From the IMG/VR virus record IMGVR_UViG_3300005931_000055, positions 1 through 31,242 of that record: a DNA stretch of 31,242 bases. The stretch is one strand, 5' to 3'. The DNA is from a virus (taxonomy: Duplodnaviria; Caudoviricetes). Both the position numbers and the translations under genes were made by a program. Below the pieces are notes generated by a model, which made no database searches, was not told the origin of the DNA, and saw only the letters and a list, made by a program, of their open reading frames with translations. Positions 24,799 to 31,242 of this stretch are shown piece by piece (the stretch's first letter is position 1; each line of letters begins with the position of its first letter).

Positions 24799-25185
24799 TT
24801 AAACTCTGTCAAAACCTGGCATTACGTAAACATTTACGATAGCTCCAGCGGTTGCAGTTGCATCTACTAAAATACCTACATAAGCATTTGCAAGGGTTAG
24901 AGCAGTTGTAGTATCTGCTAAAGTGAATGGCGTACCTTTACCAGCTGTATCACCGGCAACAAGGCCTGCGGCTGAAACGGTATCCGAGAAAAAGCATTTC
25001 GCAATACTTCCAGGACCATGAACAGGGATGCTTGACGTTGTGTCTAGTACATCATTATCCGTGATTCCAATAGGAAGAACTAAACCATTAGCAGGATATG
25101 CTACTGTGTTAGCTGCTGAAATGCCCACAATTCTATAAGCGGCAAGAGTAGTAGCTACTCTAAAACTTAAAGGTGAGTTTGACAT
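24799..25185 (-). CDS. Capsid cement/decoration protein (DUF2190-like)
   Basis: Ala/Gly/Thr-rich, YRIV, PIGI, VGILVDATATAGAIVNV; between scaffold and capsid. Confidence 0.75.
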   Translation of the reverse strand: MSNSPLSFRVATTLAAYRIVGISAANTVAYPANGLVLPIGITDNDVLDTTSSIPVHGPGSIAKCFFSDTVSAAGLVAGDTAGKGTPFTLADTTTALTLANAYVGILVDATATAGAIVNVYVMPGFDRV

Positions 25186-25189
25186 TATA

Positions 25190-25684
25190 TTATCCTTTCA
25201 TAATTTGAGTGTAGGCTTGTCTATAACTAACTTTGTTATCAGTCATATATTTTTCAATTTTCTTTTCTGTTAAATCGGCTTGCTTTTCGCCTTCAGTTGA
25301 ACTTTCTTCTAAGTTAACATCCGAAGCACTATGCAATTTTAAGATTTCGTTTAACAAATCTCTTTTGTCTAATTCTTTATCGTTAATAGAATAAGATTTT
25401 TTTTCTTTTCCTAATAATTCTAAAACGTATGGTTTCATTGAAGGAGTAATCTCGTCAATAGAATCAACGTGTTTTTCTAATTCAATATCTTCTCTTTTAG
25501 CAGTTTCTTTTTCTAATTCTTGAGAAAACTTTTTTACTTCAGCTTTAAGAGAAAGTAATTCTTTTTCTTTTTCGCCATCTATTGCTGCGCCTTCTTCTTC
25601 AGCGTTTTCTTTTGCTGCAAGTTTTTCCATAAGCTCTTCAATCTTAGCTTTTAAATCTGCAATTTCTTTATCTTTATCATCCAT
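25190..25684 (-). CDS. Nested in-frame scaffold protein (Mu gpZ-like internal start)
   Basis: GAAGGAG 9 nt before ATG 25684 (MDDKDKEIADL) at the protease/coiled-coil boundary. Confidence 0.65.
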   Translation of the reverse strand: MDDKDKEIADLKAKIEELMEKLAAKENAEEEGAAIDGEKEKELLSLKAEVKKFSQELEKETAKREDIELEKHVDSIDEITPSMKPYVLELLGKEKKSYSINDKELDKRDLLNEILKLHSASDVNLEESSTEGEKQADLTEKKIEKYMTDNKVSYRQAYTQIMKG

Positions 25685-26464
25685 TTTAAATTTCTCCTTC
25701 GAAGGGAATAAGTAGTGTTTTACAATTGCGTCTTTATTATTATCGGCACAGTTTTTATAAATCTGCAATATATCAGATAGGTTTTGAACTGCCGGCATAT
25801 CAGCGCCGAGTAGTGCAACGGCTGATAAGAAATGCTTGTAGCTTTTCCCATTCACCGCGATATCCCAATATATTTCACTCGATACCTTTTTATAAGCACC
25901 ACGCTTTATTAGTTCCATTATCTTTTCTGGAACATTTGTAAAACATGCTACAAGTTTATCTTCAATTCTCTCAAGACTTTTAACCCAACCGGCAGCCGGC
26001 AAGCCATCGGTTTGCAATAACTTTTGGTCTGAGTCATGTCCTAGTTTTAAAAACGGCTTCATTGTTTCTTTGTTTTCATCAAAAGCTAGTTTCATTTGGT
26101 CTAGGTCATCAATGGTATAAGTGTCTCCATTCCAAGTACCCGCTGCAAAAACTTCAACGCCTTCAATTTCAAACTGCTTTCTAACAGTAGACTTAAGCTC
26201 TTTGTCTTCAGCGTATTTTCTTACTGAAGCTTGACTGTAAAGTTTCTTGTTTGAATCAATCCAATTAAAAGCATTAGTTTCGTCGAACATAGTTTTAGAA
26301 AATCTAATTGCTTGAGTAATAAGAGCGTCATCTGACTGGCTTCTTTGCTTAGCTAAAAAAAGCGTTATGCCAGGCTCAATGTCTCTTTGAAAAAAGGTAT
26401 CAAACATATTAGTTTCTTTAAAAACATATTCTATTGCTGTCTCATCAGTTACAAATTTCCCCAT
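25190..26464 (-). CDS. Mu gpI-like prohead protease/scaffold
   Basis: VEVFAAGTWNG, LKLGH, PAAGWV, YKKVSSE, LSAVALLGADMPAVQNL; charged C-terminal coiled coil ending SYRQAY. Confidence 0.88.
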   Translation of the reverse strand: MGKFVTDETAIEYVFKETNMFDTFFQRDIEPGITLFLAKQRSQSDDALITQAIRFSKTMFDETNAFNWIDSNKKLYSQASVRKYAEDKELKSTVRKQFEIEGVEVFAAGTWNGDTYTIDDLDQMKLAFDENKETMKPFLKLGHDSDQKLLQTDGLPAAGWVKSLERIEDKLVACFTNVPEKIMELIKRGAYKKVSSEIYWDIAVNGKSYKHFLSAVALLGADMPAVQNLSDILQIYKNCADNNKDAIVKHYLFPSKEKFKMDDKDKEIADLKAKIEELMEKLAAKENAEEEGAAIDGEKEKELLSLKAEVKKFSQELEKETAKREDIELEKHVDSIDEITPSMKPYVLELLGKEKKSYSINDKELDKRDLLNEILKLHSASDVNLEESSTEGEKQADLTEKKIEKYMTDNKVSYRQAYTQIMKG

Positions 26465-26495
26465 ATTAACTCCATTTATTAATTTTAGTTTCTTA

Positions 26496-26781
26496 TTAAA
26501 TTCTCTCTAGCCAACTAACACCGGCAGTTACATCCCCGCCGCCGCCGCTTCAGCTACTAGAGATATATATTCTATGCTAATGTTATCATCGGTATGAGTT
26601 TCCCACCCTCTGCCTGCATTATAAAAGGCAGCCGATTCAGCACAAATCTTTTCAGTAACTCGCCAAAGGCAGATACCATGGGTGGGCTTATTTCTTTAAC
26701 ATGTATTCCATGATTTGTGCCCGAGTCTTCACCCGTAACTATCTCACCGCTTGACGTTTGTATCTTTGTAAAATGTGGCAT
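26496..26781 (-). pseudogene. Small ORF (26572..26781) plus out-of-frame fragments; possible deletion remnant
   Basis: TAATG-coupled start after portal; SAFGEL then protein-like text in two other frames ending GGGGDVTAGVSWLERI-stop. Confidence 0.35.
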
Positions 26782-28916
26782 TATTGTTTACTAAACCCTT
26801 TCCCTTTTTCTGCTTCTATGAACTCATCTATATTTCTTTTGCCAACGCCTTTGTCTGGCTTAAACTCTTCAAACTTAGTTATTGGAATTAAAACAGATCT
26901 GCAATTAAAGTGCATTGGAGGAATTGGCTCGGTGCCTGCCTTAAACTTTTTACCATGTAAGCCTCTACAAATCTCAGTTGTCCTATCATCTAATATTGCA
27001 GAGTACTGGTATCCTGAAACTACTCCAGAGTCCTCAAAGAATGCTACCCTACCTTTATTAAGAACTTCAGTAGTCTTTGTTCGAGCAAACCTTTCAAGAG
27101 CAACGGCTGAATCCTTTTTACCTTCAGTGCTTATAATATCAATTACACTAGAGATTGGTCGGCCATCTTTAATAGCTGCAATCATTTCTACTCTGGCTTT
27201 TTGAGTTACTTTAAATTCCCAATCACCTATGAATTGAAACACTTCAGCTTCTAGTATCTTTAGAAATTGTTCATCTACAATAGGTGCTGCAAAGTCAGAC
27301 TTGAATAATTCAGTTTGAGCTAATTGCTTGCCATCTAAGTATTGTTTCTTAAGTCCCTTTTTAAGTAATAGCTTTAAGTCTTTTAGCTTTCTTAGTTTAA
27401 GAGTCTCAAGCCTTTCTATGTTTCCAGTTTTAAGAATCTTTTTCTTTTCTAATTGGTCAAATAGGTCCTCATAGATTGCTTCGATTAAAGGCTGAGCTTC
27501 AGCTTTTATTAGATCCATATTACTATCTAGTGATCTTGCTACTTGTTTAAAATCTACTTTCTTATGGAAGTCTCCTGAAGGCTCAGCAAAAGGATTACCC
27601 TTAGCAAAAGCTTGCATCTTGTCTATATCATTCGGTAGCAAAGTCGTGTCTTCATTGCTACCAAAGGCCCCCCCTGGATTTGATACAGGCTCATGCGAAG
27701 CTTCTACTACGTCACCTTCAGGAAATTTTACAATACCTCTAAAATGATTTATTTCTTCAGGATTAGGTTTGTAAGCCTTTCCTTTAATTGCTTCTAGCCA
27801 AACTTTAGCAGCTGCCAAAGCGTCGTCGTCTTCAATAGGTTTAAGTTTAAACACTGGCATTTCTTCTAGGAAGCCAAAGTTATGAACTGTTATAGATTTA
27901 ATTATATGTTTGTTTACTATGTCTTCTACTAGCTTTCTGCGCTTTTGAATATGCTTAGCATATAGTTGGAATTGTTGTTGTCCTAAACTAAAAGAGCCGC
28001 CGCTTGTTTCACTACCTTGAAAGCCCATTAGATCTGGCACAAATAAAGCCCGACCTATAAACATGTTAAAGAGATTTATTCCTTTTATGTAAGCCTCTCC
28101 TGTATTCCCATGAGTTAGAAATTCAACTTCTAATTCTTTAGGTATTACTAGGGCAGTCTTTTGTTGGAACTTCTTTAGCACTGTCAACAATTGAGCTGGC
28201 ATTGAACTAGGAGCTTGTGAATCATATCTAGCTACTGGAATAGGGGATGCTGATTTTTCTAAGAAGATTGCATAGTATCTAGTTATCTGTCTTTTAATAA
28301 ACCAAGCATTGTAAGCAGCTCTTAAGTCGCTTGTACCGTATGGGTTTTGAAACTTAGGATTGTTAATGTAATGGATTAAGGACTTTGGATCTATTATATT
28401 TTCTGAAGCAAGATCAACCTGAGAGTACTTTTCAAGATTACCTTGGTTGTCTGTCTCGATAATCCAACTAGCAGGATGCCTTGTCTTAAGCGTCTTAAGT
28501 GTTAGTGTACCGTCCGGTCTCTTTTTAAATATCTTTTCTGTTAGGCTAAACCCGTATTCGTATGCACTTAGTATTTCTTCTAGCTGAGCATCAAAGCTTG
28601 ATTCAGTGTCTTCATTTAATGCTTTTTCTAAATCAGCTTTTACGTCTTCGTTTTTGCAAACAATATCCCAACCACTACTTAGAACTAAATCTTTTTTAAT
28701 TCTTAGGGCTACTTCTATTTGGTCATCTTTAAGCATGTCGTCATAGATGCCGTATGTATTATCCTTTTGATATATATCATCGGCATTGAAAGGCTTAAGT
28801 TGTGAGGCTGGGTCCATTGAGGATTCTTGTAATGTCTTTTCGGCTGTACCAAAGTATAGTTGGTCTACAAGATTGTTTGAGTTTGCACTCAATACTTCGT
28901 CGTTATCATTGGCCAT
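26781..28916 (-). CDS. Portal protein (Mu gp29/DUF935-like) fused to a Mu gpF/SPP1 gp7-like head morphogenesis domain
   Basis: AYEYGFSLTE, NPYGTSDLRAAY, FLEK...P portal motifs; C-terminal YQYSAILDDRTTEICRGLHG...PPMHFNCRS. Confidence 0.9.
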   Translation of the reverse strand: MANDNDEVLSANSNNLVDQLYFGTAEKTLQESSMDPASQLKPFNADDIYQKDNTYGIYDDMLKDDQIEVALRIKKDLVLSSGWDIVCKNEDVKADLEKALNEDTESSFDAQLEEILSAYEYGFSLTEKIFKKRPDGTLTLKTLKTRHPASWIIETDNQGNLEKYSQVDLASENIIDPKSLIHYINNPKFQNPYGTSDLRAAYNAWFIKRQITRYYAIFLEKSASPIPVARYDSQAPSSMPAQLLTVLKKFQQKTALVIPKELEVEFLTHGNTGEAYIKGINLFNMFIGRALFVPDLMGFQGSETSGGSFSLGQQQFQLYAKHIQKRRKLVEDIVNKHIIKSITVHNFGFLEEMPVFKLKPIEDDDALAAAKVWLEAIKGKAYKPNPEEINHFRGIVKFPEGDVVEASHEPVSNPGGAFGSNEDTTLLPNDIDKMQAFAKGNPFAEPSGDFHKKVDFKQVARSLDSNMDLIKAEAQPLIEAIYEDLFDQLEKKKILKTGNIERLETLKLRKLKDLKLLLKKGLKKQYLDGKQLAQTELFKSDFAAPIVDEQFLKILEAEVFQFIGDWEFKVTQKARVEMIAAIKDGRPISSVIDIISTEGKKDSAVALERFARTKTTEVLNKGRVAFFEDSGVVSGYQYSAILDDRTTEICRGLHGKKFKAGTEPIPPMHFNCRSVLIPITKFEEFKPDKGVGKRNIDEFIEAEKGKGFSKQ

Positions 28917-28927
28917 ATATTGTTCCC

Positions 28928-30400
28928 TTAAAGTAGTACCTTATTTTCTATATCGTAATACATATCTAATTGTTTAGCATTAATTGAAAGTTGGATAGCA
29001 ATACTAGACGCAATGACGCTATCGTCATGCTTACCTTGAGCGGCTTCAATCTTACCTTTGTTATTAACTAGAGTAAGGCATTCGTTTAATATCGTCATAT
29101 CGTTTATTTTAACTGTACTGTTTTCGACTGCATCAATAAAAGTATTGAGCATAATCGGTCTTGTAACTTTATCAGTAATCCAACCGGCTCTATTATCAGA
29201 GTGCATATATAGATTAGGATAGTTCAAATGTTCTTTTAATTCTAGAAGTACAGCATGCCCATGGTTATTTCTCTCAACGCCTACTAATGGCATCGGTGCT
29301 CGGCCTCTTCTATAATCTTTAGCGAGCTTATTAATCTCATTAGCAAAATCAAAAGGTTTTAAATGTCCTCTTAGTATAGCAACAACTTCTCTTTTCTTTG
29401 AATCCATTACTACAGCTACAGAATAATCACCGCCTACACCTTCAGCTGTATCTACTCCGAAAACGTATGGAGTTCCAGAGATAGCTTCTTTATAAACCTT
29501 AAGGTATTCAGTTTCTCTAATTGGCTCAGGTCTGTCTTTTATAATATCTTGTATCTTAGTAATATCAATTGCAGGTGTACCTGTAGTTATGAAGCAAGTC
29601 TTATCGTCTTCAGGATACTCTTGTAGGAATGAGGATTTAGATTTTCTTTGAGAGATTTTAAACCTTCGAAAAGAAATTTGATCGTCGTTTAATTCTACTC
29701 CATAAAGTTTAATTGCTTTGTGCTTTAGTTGTTTCTCTTCAGCTGTCCATCTTATTTTCCCTCTGTTTAAACAATACTCCTCGTGCATGTACCAAGGGAA
29801 AAAGAAGTTCTTATATCCTGTCTCTCCAGTATAGAAGTCGTGGTAATGATTGAATCCCCTTGCAGTAGTCTCAATAGATATTTCTCCTGTTTCAATTGGC
29901 ACTGCGTCCATTGAAGTTCTAACCTTATCCATATTATTCATTAAGGCCATTTCTGATATATGTAATCCTGAGACTGCATCCGATACAGCTTCAAGAGTAC
30001 AGTAGATCTCTGAGTTTATTTCTGGGAAGTAGAGTCTATATCTAGAGCCGCCGCCTTTATCTATTTCAGGTCTTAGATCGTCGGGCATATTCTTATAAGC
30101 GTATCTGATTATTTTGAATAGCTTACCTAGAGACTCCCTATCATGAGATAGTATTACTTCAGTTTGGTTTGAGTTAAAAGCTGCTTTGTCTAGCTTCCTA
30201 AGTAGTAGGAATGTAGAGATACCAACTTGTCTTGCCTTAAGGATATTGTCATAGCCAGTCATGTTCTTTAATAAATATCTTTGAATAGAGTTCGGCTTGA
30301 ACTTAACTCTCTTCTTTGATTTGTTTGTTATGTAATACAAGTGTTGCAAGCGCCACAAAGGATCTTTGAGTTTCTCTTTATCTTTTTGGGAGAGCTTCAT
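28928..30400 (-). CDS. terL: Terminase large subunit
   Basis: ILKARQVGIST (Walker A), LHISEMA (Walker B), IETTA, FFFPW, QEYP, FGVDTAEGVGGD, VERN, HDDSVIA. Confidence 0.96.
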   Translation of the reverse strand: MKLSQKDKEKLKDPLWRLQHLYYITNKSKKRVKFKPNSIQRYLLKNMTGYDNILKARQVGISTFLLLRKLDKAAFNSNQTEVILSHDRESLGKLFKIIRYAYKNMPDDLRPEIDKGGGSRYRLYFPEINSEIYCTLEAVSDAVSGLHISEMALMNNMDKVRTSMDAVPIETGEISIETTARGFNHYHDFYTGETGYKNFFFPWYMHEEYCLNRGKIRWTAEEKQLKHKAIKLYGVELNDDQISFRRFKISQRKSKSSFLQEYPEDDKTCFITTGTPAIDITKIQDIIKDRPEPIRETEYLKVYKEAISGTPYVFGVDTAEGVGGDYSVAVVMDSKKREVVAILRGHLKPFDFANEINKLAKDYRRGRAPMPLVGVERNNHGHAVLLELKEHLNYPNLYMHSDNRAGWITDKVTRPIMLNTFIDAVENSTVKINDMTILNECLTLVNNKGKIEAAQGKHDDSVIASSIAIQLSINAKQLDMYYDIENKVLL

Positions 30401-30780
30401 TACTCATCTTCTAACATTTCAACAATGCTTTTATGTGATGATTTAATGCTCACTTCAGATACGTCTTTAACTTTTCCAATGGTTCGTTCTAACAGAAAGT
30501 TGAGTCTTTGATTGTCGCCTTTTTCTATAGCATTCTTTAGGATACTAATTACAGCAAGGTCTCTGCTTGGTGTCTTTGGATCTTTAAATATCTTTTGTAA
30601 ATCAATAAAGGGCATAGACATATATTTATAAAGAGAGTTTTCAAAGTCGTGAGCATTCATTGACCTAGCTTCCTTAAGGTCCGCCGGTAAGTGCTTACTA
30701 GACTTTTTACCAGCCGCACTAGCTCTCGCTTTATCTTTACCAAAACCATTACTAGGCTTAGGGTTGCCTGCTTTTTTCAC
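30400..30780 (-). CDS. Probable terminase small subunit (GTG 30780 preferred start)
   Basis: Directly upstream of TerL with TAATG overlap; AIEKGD...FLLERTIGKV motif; GGAG 7 nt before GTG. Confidence 0.7.
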   Translation of the reverse strand: MKKAGNPKPSNGFGKDKARASAAGKKSSKHLPADLKEARSMNAHDFENSLYKYMSMPFIDLQKIFKDPKTPSRDLAVISILKNAIEKGDNQRLNFLLERTIGKVKDVSEVSIKSSHKSIVEMLEDE

Positions 30781-30865
30781 AATATATCTCCATATATTTA
30801 TGTTCAATTTATGTTATGCGTTATAATCGGCATATTCAAGTTATTCTTTAACTATGCTTGCTGTT

Positions 30866-30887
30866 TTGCCATAAATTAATATGGCAA
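30866..30887. promoter_or_regulatory. Inverted repeat TTGCCATA-N6-TATGGCAA upstream of terminase genes
   Basis: 8-bp perfect arms in the intergenic region. Confidence 0.45.
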
Positions 30888-30910
30888 TTTTAATAAGCAT
30901 TTGTCTAGAA

Positions 30911-31242
30911 CTAATAGGCCAAGCTAATGCCTGAGCCTACGTGACCTTGTACCTCTCTAACATTTTTAGCTGAGCCAGCGCATGGGTTACAATTACCGTA
31001 CTCGTTTTTAAACCAATAAGGTTCTACTGTTTTAAGTCCTGGGCCTAAAGGGTATTCCATAAACCGCTCTTCAAACTTAAACACAAAAGTATCTCCATTC
31101 AAATGTAATGGATAGTCAAAGACCTCACCCTCTAGAGTGCTGCAATTTGAGTCAGAATAAACTAAGCCATGGTTTACTTTCTTAAGCTGATTATTAACAT
31201 CTACAGCAAAAGTATAGCCCGAGCCATTTTCTCTATACCAAG
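30911..31242 (-). CDS. Hypothetical protein, 5' truncated by window edge
   Basis: Frame of the 63-aa ORF stays open to the edge (WYRENGSGYTFAVD...VYSDSNCSTLEG...). Confidence 0.65.
   Translation of the reverse strand, partial: WYRENGSGYTFAVDVNNQLKKVNHGLVYSDSNCSTLEGEVFDYPLHLNGDTFVFKFEERFMEYPLGPGLKTVEPYWFKNEYGNCNPCAGSAKNVREVQGHVGSGISLAY

Noticed and set aside
22504-28916. Transposable Mu-like phage
   Set aside because: Only head/neck genes are Mu-like; no transposase A/B, Mor or sheath in the window
1397-30879. Other short plus-strand ORFs (1397, 1639, 2356, 3523, 5014, 5689, 14870, 15753, 15962, 18163, 18647, 21742, 22125, 25726, 26758, 28786, 30691) and minus 6863..7078
   Set aside because: Antisense to well-supported genes, with no recognisable motifs

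Overview
AT-rich segment of a tailed dsDNA phage (or prophage), almost entirely coded on the minus strand. Right to left: small and large terminase; Mu-like head module (gp29-like portal fused to a gpF/SPP1 gp7-like domain, protease/scaffold, cement, major capsid, gp36-like adaptor, virion morphogenesis protein, tail terminator); non-contractile tail module (tube, G/GT chaperone with a -1 frameshift, 551-aa tape measure, two tip proteins, two paralogous fibres); a glycan-biosynthesis operon (radical SAM/SPASM, HNH-like insertion, SpsF-like cytidylyltransferase-GT2 fusion, DAHP-synthase-like enzyme, methyltransferase-TPR); a lysis region split over both strands; YqaJ and RecT-like recombination genes; a mosaic small-gene region; RusA; and a second sugar-nucleotide block (SDR epimerase, nucleotide-sugar dehydrogenase cut by the window edge). 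The most striking observation is a near-complete ulosonic-acid glycosylation toolkit whose Maf/DUF115-like transferase sits between the tail terminator and tail tube genes, which suggests virion glycosylation; the synthase has a non-canonical aldose-binding motif. Also notable are a repeat-bounded DUF6948-like + Gly/Tyr/Ser low-complexity cassette with a repeat-spacer-repeat remnant copying its own gene, and several apparently leaderless transcripts. No integrase, repressor, replication enzyme, tRNA, cas or reverse transcriptase gene was recognised. All family assignments are by-eye motif recognition, not database searches.
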